This document shows, in pieces, positions 11,276 through 23,057 of a stretch of DNA of 54,832 bases (its first letter is position 1; every line of letters starts with the position of its first letter). The position numbers and the translations under genes are program-made. Location: positions 1 to 54,832 of the forward strand of contig JAHBMJ010000159.1 in the NCBI GenBank assembly GCA_018398765.1. Reading direction: 5' to 3'. The stretch is from Chromera velia (lineage: Eukaryota). The notes under the pieces are model-generated. The model worked only from the letters and a program-made list of their open reading frames with translations, had not been told where the DNA came from and did no database searches.

Positions 11276-12954
11276 TCTTTTTCAAGACAAACTGGAGTGT
11301 CAGGAGGGTTAGCTAGAGGCTTCGAAAATTTTTGATTCTGCTAAGTCTAGCCTGAAGTAACTCAATTGTGATAAAGATAAAGATTTACGCCAGAGGACTG
11401 GCTTCCCATTCCAATGCTGAGTATAAATAAGGTACTGTGAATTATACTGTGCTTCATTGAAAGCGTTATAGATTAGATAAGATTAGATGAGATTATCGAC
11501 TAGGGTATGACACCTAAAAAAAAAACTAGAAAAAAAATAATTTTAAAATATAATTTGATTACAAACCCTAGGGGTATGTGTCACTCTCATTAGCTATAAC
11601 TCTAAAAAATGGTTTTTTACGGTTTTTCGGATGAACTGACCTTATTCCTACGATAACACAACTTTTCACATTAAAACTCATGACCTTTTATATATACTAG
11701 GAAAGTCAATTCGCCCTCTGAGGTTCGCAAACGCTCATGATGTCGGTTTGCAAACCTAATCCCCCAACCTGACCAAACCTGTCTAAACCTGTCTAAACCG
11801 GGTTCCAAATGGCTTTTGCATGCATGAACATAGAGACAATGTAAAGCAAACACAACCTAGCATTTTACCAGGAAATATCAGACAAACCAATTATTCAACG
11901 AATGTAGGATAAACTCAAGAATACAAAAGCTGTCTTCATTCTTTCATACTTTAACAGACTCTTTCTGAGGTGCAATTTCCTTTTCAAACGCCCGGTCAAC
12001 TTGCTCCAATTCTCTATCTTTAATTCGTAAGCCGCTATCAATGTTTAGTGCAGTGTGAATAAAAAAAAAAACTGCACTGATCGGCACATCGTCTAAGCAT
12101 AGAGCATGAGAGCATCGCATCAGCATTGGCATGAACATAGTGTAGCAGCACTATAGCTCGCCTCGCTCTGTTCATTAGCATCTTCATACGGATTTCAGAA
12201 GTTTGACCAGGTTTGAATGCGTTTAAAGAGGTTTGGAAGGTTTGAGTCTAGTGCGACCATAGTTTCCAAACCAATTCTAAACTTGACGTAGCGAATGGGT
12301 TTTAAACTCATCTAAACCTACTCTAACCTTAGCCACTCGACCCTATTTTAGCGTTTTTTAAGCTTTTCTAGCAAATTAAGCTCCAAAAATCTCTTTTAAA
12401 ACATCAAAAATTTAAGTTTTTATTGAAAAACCTAACTTCAAACCTAAGGTACCCTCACAGAGTGTTAAACCCTAGATTATCGATCTCAATGAGTTTATAT
12501 ACTTATATCTATTTGAAACATTGATAGATTACCATATGAATGAATGAATGAATGAAGTTGGCTTTACTAGAGTGGTATATGCCAGGCTTCATCAATCGAT
12601 CGATCGATTTCAATTCAATCTCAGACAAAAAAAAATATCTCAGTATATTTAAAAATATTTAAAACCTGGACGGCTGGCAATTAGAATTTAGGGAGAAAAT
12701 TAAGGTATGTGGGCGGTGGCCCCGGCATTAATGACCCCCCCCCTCACCCATGGTGGCACCGGACTGGGGACTTAATTCTGATATCAACAGTCTCTCAGCA
12801 CAACCAGTCTGAGTCTCTTCAAGTAGCTTCAGTGAAGTGTCTTGACCCTCACGGTACTTTTTTTTCGAAAAAACGAGCAGGGGCGGTTCTGGAAGTCCCT
12901 TTTTCCTCTTGTCATGTCTGAAGATGCAAGTCGAGCCTCGTCTCGTCTTGTCCA

Positions 12955-13020
12955 GGGTCGGACCGCGCGCGGGCCGGCGCGCGCGCGGCGCGGCCCGGGT
13001 GCGCTGGCCCGGGTCCGCTC
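12955..13020. promoter_or_regulatory. GC-rich box upstream of lipase-like gene
   Basis: Nearly pure G/C tract at the edge of an AT-rich island. Confidence 0.45.
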
Positions 13021-14756
13021 TGGACTCGTCAAACATGCATCGTCAAAGTATACGGTCAAACAACACTCATCAGTCGTACACTAGCTAAAAAGAGATCATG
13101 CAGTTCTGAACACTCGAAGTGCGTACGTCAGACAATCCTCCATACACGGAATCGACTGGCAAACAAAACATATTACTACACAGCTACATGGCCACTGTGA
13201 GTGCTCCTTCGTCCAGATTCCTTGCTGCAAAGCGTTTTGTGAAAACGCAGAAAATGTGGGTCTCGTTGCGAACCTCAAAGAATCCCCCTCCCTCCCGTTG
13301 CCGGCCATCCTTCCGTGCCGCCATAAAGTGATCTCGAGGGAAAGACACTGCACTTAACGGGCAGAGGAGAGGCGAATTGCGGGTCGTTCGGAGGCTCATG
13401 GGAACACGTGGAGGTTTCTTTGCCTGAAACAACACTTAACAGTGTGACAGACAGATTGTTGTTGTAACACCAGTTCTCAACTGTTGAAACACCACTAGAA
13501 GATTCGTCGGTCTGACATTTTGGTCACCAGTCCGCTTTCTAGCGCCTCCTAACCCGTGCGACTCTTCTCACTTTCCGAGTGACCGTTCAGAGTATTCTAA
13601 GCAACTACTTCAAACTCCTTTTGAGACCGTGCTTTCACGTCACCCACGGCACAACGACCCTTGAATGACCCCAGCATTCATATCAAAGGGCCCGGATTTA
13701 CCCCTATTCAGGGCCAACAGCGCCGATTCAATGCATCTCGGTATCAGAAGCAACACTGCGTGCGTTGAAGTGGGACCCTCTGTCACAAGAGCGCTTCCAG
13801 CGTGGTGGAAGGCAGAGAGACCAGAGAGAGGGAAGGGGGGGGATCGTTCAGAACAGGTGTATGAAAAGAGTGAGAGCCTCCCCTCAAGCTCCCAACCCGA
13901 GAGGAAGCAGAGTGGTTGTGAGTCCGCCCTGTGCATCCTGTGTGAGTGCATGAGGAAACAAGTGATCACCCAGACACATGTCCTGGTGCCGCCACCGGGA
14001 GCGATGGAGGGGAAGATTTATCGGTCGGGGAGAGGGAAGCCGTCTTCCACTTGGAGTCGAGTTCTCTTTTGGCGTCTTCTTCTCGTCTTTCTCTCGTGCT
14101 TCCAACAAGGCGTCCTTCTCAGTCACCTTCTCCGACAGCATCCGTGTGTATCCATGCTTCTTCGACTCCCTCTGCACCGCCTGCACAGCCGCTGCTGACA
14201 CCAGTGCCAGAGACGGCACGGTGGGTCGTTCGAGAGGAGAACGCAGAAGATGACGAGTTAGAAGAGGGACCCCGACTGATCGTGCGGATCTCCAAGGGGA
14301 CACAGCCCTCCGCCCCTTCAGCAAGCAGAGGAAAAACCGGGCCTCAAAAGAGTTGCCGAGTCAGTCAGTCAGTCTGTCTGTCTGTCTGTCTCTTTCGTGA
14401 ACAGACAGAGAGAGGGAAAAGAAACATATGAGTGGAACTTCGTGTTTTGGATGCTGTTTTCCGGTCTTTCTGTATCCTCTACGTATGTCTCTTCCGACTG
14501 TCAGCATGTTAGACTGCGGCATGAAGCGAAAAGACAAATTGCTTCATTCTTTGCATTCGTGCATGCTCTTCTTTCTCTTCTCTTTTTTTTCCTTTCCCCC
14601 CATGCTTGGTCACTCTTCCGACACCAACGTCCCTTCTATCCAACGGAAATGCCATCAGAATATTCAGAAAAATATCGCTCATCCATGTCGTCCATTCATT
14701 CAACCAGGCCCCCTCTGATAACCGACCTTTGTGTGCACGGTTGTGTGTGTGTGCAG

Positions 14757-17015
14757 GACAGAATCAGTCTGAACTGTCAGCATGAGGGCGACACCACAAA
14801 GGTCCCGAACGTAGAAGACCATCTGACCGTACCACGAGCCCCCCCTTCTCCTTCTTCTGCCGCCTCCCTTGTGACAGCGTCCCCCCCGAAAGATCGGAGG
14901 GAAAGGAAGCTTGCGTCCGTCTGTCCTGACAAGAATTCCACGCCCGTCTCCTCCCTTCTTTGCACTGTGAGTTCCACACGATCCACCGTCGCAACAAATT
15001 ATGGGACAATGCCTAGAGGGAGACACCTCCAAAGCAGTGGCAGTCCAGAAAGGGAAAAGATAAAAATCAGTGCCCTCCCTCGTCTCTCCCTCTTTGACAC
15101 TCCCCCGCGTCACGTTGACCCCTCTTCCCCTTCCCACGACGACTGGGACTTCGTGAGGTGTTTCCATTGTAGTCGAAAGGTCAGACTCTCAGAGGTCGAT
15201 GCCCACCAAGAGGCCTGCCCGGAATCCGATCGATGTTCTAGAATTCTCCACCGCCAGAGTTTCGTACAGGAGCCAGAGCTGCATCAAAAAGGAGGAGAGA
15301 TCACTCAGATGCAACTAGGGAGAAATTCACAATGTCACACACCCATTCACCAACGCGAGGAGATTCACGACAGGTCCAACCAGCCACAGAGCAGCAGCAA
15401 CCGCGGTTACCACTCTTACACCACCCAGCAGGCTGTGTTCCCCCCCCAACCTGCTTCTAGCCCCATCTCCCAACCTATCACACGGACACCCGCACACAAC
15501 AAAGCCACTGCAGCTTCTCTGTCTCCCTTTGCCCACCGGGTCCTCTCCAAAGCCGGACCTTCCGTCTTCTCTGTCTCAAAACAATTCGGCTTGGGTGGAG
15601 TTCCGCCGGGTGCCTGTGTGAGTTATCAGACAGACTCAGACCCAGAGTTAGCCTCAGATAGTGCCTCCACTACACGTCGAAACCGGGATGAGAGGGAGGG
15701 CGAGAGCACAAGGACTCCTGAGAGGGACAATCAATCGAGAAGCAGCAGCAGCAGTAGGGGCTCTCCTTCCCCCCCCCCCACTTCTGCAGACACCCCTGGC
15801 AGTGGAGGTGCAGCCTCGGGATCTCTGTATGCGTCTGCCCTCCTGTTCCTCTCAAAGGCCCGTTTGACCGTCTCCACTCTCTTTTCGTCCCGTTTGAGGG
15901 ATGTGCCTGTCGATGAGGAGTCCCTCGCTGCCGTCCCATCGCGCTCTCTCTTGGAGACCTCTGCGGGCAAACTTCCAAGTCTTGCCACTGCACCCATGCC
16001 ATGCCAGCCCCAGGGAGACCTCGGTGTCCCTCTTGGCCCCCGGTCGGTCTGTGAGGTGAACGAGAGGGCTTTGGAGGCAACTGCTGAGTTCCTCTCAGCA
16101 ACGTCAGCAGAGCTACTCCTGAGGGCCGTAGATGTGACACAGCATGCACGCCACACACCATCTCCGGGTCGCTCTCGGGAATCTGCGGTCAATGCCCATC
16201 TGTCCCCTCCTCTCAGTCTGCAGCTTCGTTGCATTGCGGCAGAAAGAGATCACGCAGGATTTCTCCTTCAAGAAGAAACTCTCTTGATCGCCTCCCGTGC
16301 AACGTGCACGAAGTTTGTGCCCGACCTCGCCGAGGACCTGCACATTGCTGTGGGGCGCCCGCCTCCCCGTCTGAAAGCTTTTCGGCGATTCACCAAAGAG
16401 CTCAGACAGAAGCACCCAGGCAAGCGGGCGGTCCTCTGTGGATATTCCCTCGGAGGCACTCAGGCCTCTCTGCTGGGGCTCCTGGAGGGCTGGCCTGACT
16501 GTTGGGTTGTGACGTTCAACAGCGGTCAGCCATACGAGACTGTGAGGACAAACCCCAGAGAGATTCGTTTCGTGGTGAGGGGGGATGTGATCTCGGCGGG
16601 GAGAAGTGCGAATTTGACCATTCTCCTCAGACGAAAGCTGGGGCAGAGAGCCCACGACTTGGCGAATTTTGTTGGTGCTGTGGGGTGGGAAGAGCTTGGA
16701 GGGATGCGGGCGCTTGAAAGGGCTGCAGGGCGTTGGGAAAAGGAGATGGAAAGGCGTGTCAGGGTGGCAGACTCGTCTCTGCGTCTGATGGGAGTGTTTC
16801 ACTTATTGAAAGCAATTACAGTGAACGAGAATGTGAGCGTGCATGATTATTTGAGATTGCCAGTTTGGGTTGTTGATCTGTTCTTGGGGGGGTACATCGG
16901 GCTGCCTGTGTGTGTTTTTTCCCCATGCCAGTTACGTCGTCGGGTTCACGCACATCAACAGGCTTTTTGCCGCATTAAAAGGGGTAATGATTGCAAAGAG
17001 AGCCGTTCATTGTAA
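14757..17015 (+). CDS. Main exon of a protein with a C2HC zinc finger, low-complexity linker and C-terminal class-3 lipase-like alpha/beta hydrolase; gene ends uncertain
   Basis: CFHC..HQEAC at 15159-15218. AVLCGYSLGG (GxSxG, 16440-16457) followed by VVTFNSG, GDVIS and AHDL. Acceptor gtgcag at 14756; an upstream exon ending at 14359 is in the same phase. Confidence 0.7.
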   Translation, partial: DRISLNCQHEGDTTKVPNVEDHLTVPRAPPSPSSAASLVTASPPKDRRERKLASVCPDKNSTPVSSLLCTVSSTRSTVATNYGTMPRGRHLQSSGSPEREKIKISALPRLSLFDTPPRHVDPSSPSHDDWDFVRCFHCSRKVRLSEVDAHQEACPESDRCSRILHRQSFVQEPELHQKGGEITQMQLGRNSQCHTPIHQREEIHDRSNQPQSSSNRGYHSYTTQQAVFPPQPASSPISQPITRTPAHNKATAASLSPFAHRVLSKAGPSVFSVSKQFGLGGVPPGACVSYQTDSDPELASDSASTTRRNRDEREGESTRTPERDNQSRSSSSSRGSPSPPPTSADTPGSGGAASGSLYASALLFLSKARLTVSTLFSSRLRDVPVDEESLAAVPSRSLLETSAGKLPSLATAPMPCQPQGDLGVPLGPRSVCEVNERALEATAEFLSATSAELLLRAVDVTQHARHTPSPGRSRESAVNAHLSPPLSLQLRCIAAERDHAGFLLQEETLLIASRATCTKFVPDLAEDLHIAVGRPPPRLKAFRRFTKELRQKHPGKRAVLCGYSLGGTQASLLGLLEGWPDCWVVTFNSGQPYETVRTNPREIRFVVRGDVISAGRSANLTILLRRKLGQRAHDLANFVGAVGWEELGGMRALERAAGRWEKEMERRVRVADSSLRLMGVFHLLKAITVNENVSVHDYLRLPVWVVDLFLGGYIGLPVCVFSPCQLRRRVHAHQQAFCRIKRGNDCKESRSL

Positions 17016-17802
17016 AGAGAACAGCACAGATGGAGACGGAGGCAGAGAGTAAGGACGAAGAGTTGGACAGAGACTTTCACGAGTCAGTTCGCAGTTGACA
17101 GAGATCCGAAGGAGAGGGTGGGAAAGGGCGGGAAAGGGAGAGGCTTCATGCAGGAGACCGGAGTTTGACCTTATCAGACAGAGATGGATAGACTGCAGAG
17201 ACGGAAGGACACAACAGGAGGAGGCACAACCGCCGAATGCACAGCGAGGATGCGTGTGCTGATCGAGAGGCGACGACCCGATCATCGAAGAGAGTGACCC
17301 AATCGAGGCGCGAGTCTGCAGGGGTGAATCAAGTCAGTTTGAAGGATCGAAGGGGCAGCTACACTCAATCTGCTGCTGCGACGGCGTCGAGGAATTCGGA
17401 AGGGCAGTGGCACAGGGCGAAGGGGACTCTCACCGAGATTTGCCAGAACCTCGATCGATGGTTCTTGTCCTCCTGCCGCCTTCAGAGGATGTTGTTTTGG
17501 GAAAGCAGAGGGAGAACGGGTCCCCAGAACTGTTCTTGTCAGTTCAGCAAGAAAGCATGCACCTCTGAGTCAATCTGTCCACACCAGAGACTAACGAAGC
17601 TCTTCTCTAGCTGTCTGCTTACGGTTGCCTTCTCCTCTCTCCTTCTGCCTGATTTGACCGACAGGTGACAGCAATTTGGACATCCGTATGCCTTCTTTTC
17701 CTCCTGCGTGGATTTCTCTGTCTCTGTAGATCGAATTGATATTAATACACCTGTTTGGTCTGTTTCGAGAAGGGAGGATCTCTCCATTGTTCCGTTGTTG
17801 AT

Positions 17803-17851
<49 letters not shown>

Positions 17852-20332
17852 GTTTCTCTCTCTTGGGTATGTCCTTGGAGTATGTCCTTGGAGCTCCCCC
17901 TGCTCCTTGAAGTTCTCTCCCTAGGTTCTCTCTTTCTGCCCTGTGGATGTAGAGAGGGGGGGGAGCACCCACCACATAATCTACTTCATTGTGTTGAGGA
18001 GCGAGGGAGGGAGGGGGGCACATGCATCTATGCAGGCAGGGGGGCTCCACCAAATTTATGCGGTCTGGAGGGTAATGGACGCACACACATGCATGCACTG
18101 TGGGGGGGAGGTGAAGGTGTTCGACACGAATGGATGGATGGATGGGTGGATCTTCCCCTCACTCACGCAAGAGGGGGAGAGCTGGGGTGTCCTCCCGTCT
18201 CTTTCATTTTAGGCGCTCTTTCGTTTGCTCGTTGAGATGGGTTCAGGGGATTATGGGCTTCTCCTCCCTCCCCTCTCTTTTTCTTGTGTGTGTGGGCGAT
18301 GAAGAGAGAGAGAGAGAGAGGGGAGGGGGGGGGGGGGGGGGGGGGGGGGGAGGGGATGGAGAGGGGGTGCAGGCCGACCGACGCACAGTGTCATCTCAAC
18401 AGGGAAGGGGAAGGAAAGAAGGCTCTAGACACCTTGAGGGTGGAGTGAGTGTGTGCCGCTATTTGTTGGTTGGTTCATCGGTGGGTTGGTTGGTACAGCT
18501 TTTTTCTCTTCGCCTGGCCCTTGTCTGTTTCCATGCGGGAGAGCGAGGAAGAGAAAGAAAAAGAGGAAAAGAAGGAGGGAGGGAGGGTGAGGTCAGAGCA
18601 GAGGCAGGCACCGGTATGACGTATCTGTCCCTTTCTCTCCCGCCCTCTAGCTGTACGTCTGTCGGCCTGTGAGTGAGCAAGTGAGTGAGTCGGGGGACCG
18701 ACAAGCAACTGGAGAAGCGGCCCTGCAGCAGTCTTGCCTCTCTGTTTGTAGGGATCCCTCCCCTTCTTCAGGGGGCAATTTTTTCCCCCTTTGCAGGGGA
18801 CAAAAAGAAGGCTGGAAGGGACAGACAGGAAGTCAATGCTTTGTTCTGTTCTTCCTGCTGTGGGAGGGTGGGTGGGTGTTTGGGTGCGGCTGCGTGTGCC
18901 GAAATTTGTTTGCTTTGAAGGGGGGGTCGCTCAAAGAAAAGGAAGGAAGAAACTCCGTGCTACTCCTTCAAGCCAAAAAGGGTGGGTTGGTGGGTGGGTG
19001 CGGAGAGGGAGCTAGGTCGGATGCGATAATTTTCGCACGGCCTTGAGCCTGTGAGTCTGTCTTTGAGTCTGCTTATCTCTCTGACTGTCCAGTGCATTAT
19101 TGAGACTTCCGGCTGTGAGGTTGGGGTGGGGAAGCAATTTCATGCGTGCGTCAATCGACATGGTCTTATGCAGAAGTAAGAAGATGGAGAGAAGATATTG
19201 CAAAGAAGTTTGAGTTGGTCGATTTGTTGATGAATGAATCTTGCGCCTTCCTTCCTAATAATTCTCTTTTGTCAGGAGTGACCTTCCTTCTTTCTTTTTT
19301 TGTCTTTCCCTCTTTCTCTGTCTCTCTTGACTGTCGTCGTTCTGTCGGTGTTTCTCATTGAGTCGGCACACTGCAGTTCGGGTTTTGTCAGGAGTGACCT
19401 TCCTTCTTTCTTTCTTTCTTTCTTCCTTCCTTTCTTTCTTTCTTTCTTTCGTGTGTCTTTGTGTCTCTTTGAAAGGAACAGAAAAATGAGACAGACGACC
19501 ACGCCTCCTGCAGCACGGAGGGAGGCATGATTGGAGTTTGGCGTTGAGTGTTCTTTTCTTCTCTTTTCTTTTTTCTTTTCTGTTTTCGTGAAGGCCTCAA
19601 TCGGACCGCTTTCACGTTCCAAAAGACGAGAGGTGCATGGGGAGAAAGGGAGTCATGCCATGAGATTTGAAGGAGACTGGATCGATCGACTGGTGGTTGG
19701 TTACTTTTTGTGTTGCCATCTACTTTCGTATGGACTGACCATGTCTTGTGTCTCCCCCTTCATTAGGGGGGAACATGCCTCGACATACAACGAAAGAAAT
19801 TTGAGGTACAAAAGCGGAGGGGGGTAGGCCGAGCAAGAAGAAACATCAATTAAGTGTATGCGAGAGAGAGAAATTAAGGTCCGGTGTCTGTCACAGAAAG
19901 TGAAAGATCGAAGCAGAGGGCATGGACATGCAAGCAAGCACTGCAAAAAGAAGCTTTCTCCTCGCGGGGAAGGGGTCTCCATGCACAGGTGGGTGGGAGT
20001 GTTCTGGAAGATTCTCAATTCACCCGCAGCTATCGGGTCTCTTGAGACCGGCTGAGAAGCGGGGTGAATGGAGTCTGATCGAATGAGCGCAGTCCGACAG
20101 GGATGGAGGTAGCAAGGGACGGAATAAATGTCTCGGCGGCATCCTGAAGGCAGTCTGCCTGTCTGTCAGTTTGCCTTCATTGATCTTCAACCTCTAGTTC
20201 CTGCAGACAGACAGCCAGACAGACAGTCAGTCAGGCAGACAGACAGACAGACAGACAGACATGAAGGGTGCCCCTCCTCGATCGATCCATCAAAATCACT
20301 TCATTCGTATAGCAGACGGAGGGCCGGTTAGT

Positions 20333-20366
<34 letters not shown>

Positions 20367-20367
<1 letters not shown>

Positions 20368-20760
20368 AGTCGAGACCGCAGCCATTCAGATTCCCCTGCA
20401 ACTTCTGCCGGGTCGACAGAATTAGTCTGTGTGACGCCTCTTTCTCTTTCACTCACTTTCTGTCTGTGTCTCTGTGTGTGTCCGGTAGTAATTTCTCGGT
20501 CGGTTGGTCGGCTGGAGTTAATTGATTTTTGCCCTCAGTCTGCCTGCTTTCCTGGCGTCGACTGTGTTGTCTTCACAGTTGTTCGGACGGCCAGTTTTGG
20601 TGGGGCCAGCTTTGATGTCTGGCGTCCTTCCCGTCTCTTTCTGTTCTCTCTTTCTCTTTCCCTTCTGTCTCTCGGGAGTCGAGACTGCAGCCCATTCAGA
20701 TTCCCCTACAGCTTCTGCCGGGTCGACAGAATTGGACTGTGGGACGTCTCTTTCTTTTTC
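20367..20760. repeat. ~85-bp diverged direct duplication (20367-20450 and 20676-20760)
   Basis: gagtcgagac(c/t)gcagcc..ttcagattcccct..cttctgccgggtcgacagaatt occurs twice. Confidence 0.85.
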
Positions 20761-23057
20761 TTTCTCTTCGTCTATGCCTTCTTCGGCGTCAGTCAGTCGG
20801 TCCGGGTTTTATTGATAGTCAGTCGCCTTCCTTAACTCGGTCGGGGGGGGCCTCCTTTTTCGGTCGTCTGAGGGGAAGGAGGCAGGTTGATTTTCGCATT
20901 GACGTTTGTTTCCTGCAGCTGCAGAATTTGAGTCCTGTTCATTGCAGACGCACGCTCTCCTCCCTTCATTTGGGGGGAAATCTTTTTGTCTGCCTGTCTG
21001 TCTCTTGTTCTGTCCGCTGGGGATGGGAGGGGAGGAGAGAAAGGAGGAAAAGCAAGAAGAAGGAGGAGTGAAGTAGGCATGGAGCGACAGGATCTGCCTG
21101 CTTTCCTTCGAAGACAATTCAAGAAAAATCGGTGTCCCTTCTTAAAGTGAGTTGTTCATTTTTTGTTTTTGTGGCCTTTCGTCCATCACTGGCAGACCAC
21201 CTGTTAATCGACTCATGATGTTATTCATCTTTCTAATTGGTCTTGCATTGACTGGCGGTCATAGTGTAAAGAAGCCTGACAGTGCTTATGCCTCATGCAT
21301 ATGATGTATAAATAGGAAGTTGAGGGCCCGTCTCGTGAAAAGACTCCCATGTTTTCATGAAAAGAAGAGAAGAAGGAAAACTTTTATGCCAGGGGGCACT
21401 GCCAGCACTTACAAGTGAGTGTGTCTCATTTTAATGAACTATGTGCTGTTAAGATAACAGCTAGTCTGTTATGTGATCAGACTGGATTTTTGAAAAAGTT
21501 AGAAAGGGCGTTCAGCTTAAATTCTTAGATGAGATTTACATATAACATTTCTGTAGTATTTTAAATACTATTTTTATATTTTTTTCACATATTTCTAACT
21601 AGATTCCTAGCTAGATTCCTAACATATTTTTTAGTATTTTTTAGTATCATATTTGTATTGACTATCAGTCATCTAGCCAGTCATTAAGGATTTACACCTT
21701 AGTAACACCTATAGTCTAGAACTTTTCCCCTTATATGGTTTCTTTCTTTTTTTGAACTTTTTTAAACCTACGCCAAACGCTAGACCTAGCGTTAAACGCC
21801 TTGCATGGCCCGATGCCGGTGGCATATGCTAGGGCCTATGTCACGCCCTATTATGATGGTGATGAAAATTTATTAATTTTACATATCACACCGAGGGAAA
21901 ACTTTTTTGACTTGAAACTAGACTTGAAAGGATTCGCTGAGCGTCTCATCGGCAAGTTATCGCTGGGGAGTGGGGACGCGGCGTGCATACCAAACCTTAA
22001 TCGAATCATCAATTCCGAGTCTGTTGGTAGAGCTCAGAAAGCATGATTCGACGTTAGAGGAGTGCCGCAGGTCTGTACTTCTCTATAAGCTTCTCAGGAT
22101 TACTTCACTTCACTTCGTTTGCATGGAGCTTGAATGGACGTTCTTCGAGACCGACAGTGTCACCGACTGCATGTCAGTGCATGATTTGAACACAAAGCCA
22201 TCTCTAGAGCCATCTGATCCTCAGAGTGCAAGCAACCTCAACTGCACAGAGAGACCGCAGTCAGATTCATGCACCGACCCCATCGAGAGGAACAATTCAT
22301 CAACAGATGTCTGACCAGAACGGACGCCTACTGCAAGAGTGATTCACCAGCACGGACCCTTGCGTCTCGAGCAAGTCACGCAACGCATCGAAAGTTGTCT
22401 GTGAAACTTTCATTCCCTCTCTCCGACACGTCGTGCACGCTCTCTGGCACAAGGGAGACAGCAAGACAAGCGACCAAGGGCCTGCCTGGGGCGAAAATTT
22501 ATTTGTTCACCTCTTTCCTTCACTTTTCCTTTCTTTCCGCTTCCTCGAATTACAACCGCATGTGAATGAATCAGTGAGTGAGCGTTTTTGTCTCGTTTTC
22601 GCCTTGATGCATCCCTCTTTCTCGATTTTTCTTTCTTGCCACACGTTGAGTCAGAAAGCTCCTCTTGTGGCGTCAAATCATGAAGAATTCACCCGTGCCC
22701 GGCTGCCTGCCTGCCTGCCTGTCTACAATTTCGTCTTTCACTTGTGTTCTTCACATTGTTCTTCACAATCTCTCTGCATAGAGTCAGTTGAACTGAACAT
22801 ACAACCTTCACATGTAGCTTCACATCCCCGAGGGCCGGCCGGCAGCCCATGCACGTTATTTTACTTTCTCTTTCCTTCACGATGCACATGCAGGCACTTC
22901 CCTCTCCTCAATTTTTCTTTTCAAATGCTTCACGATGCACAGTCACTTCCCTCTCCATTACTCTTTTCAAACGCTTTCCTCGCCTCTCTCTTTCGCCGCT
23001 TTTCCTCAAAACTGCTTTTTTCTTTCCCCCCCCTGCCGTGTAGTCTTTCTTCTCTCT

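Noticed and set aside
11560..12480. AAACCCTA telomere-like words
   Set aside because: Only isolated single copies, not an array.
14397..14756. First 120 aa of the 872-aa ORF
   Set aside because: Lies between donor 14360 and acceptor 14756, so it is an intron that happens to be open.
18319..18358. Long poly-G run (G-quadruplex candidate)
   Set aside because: Simple homopolymer in low-complexity DNA with unreliable length and no supporting context.
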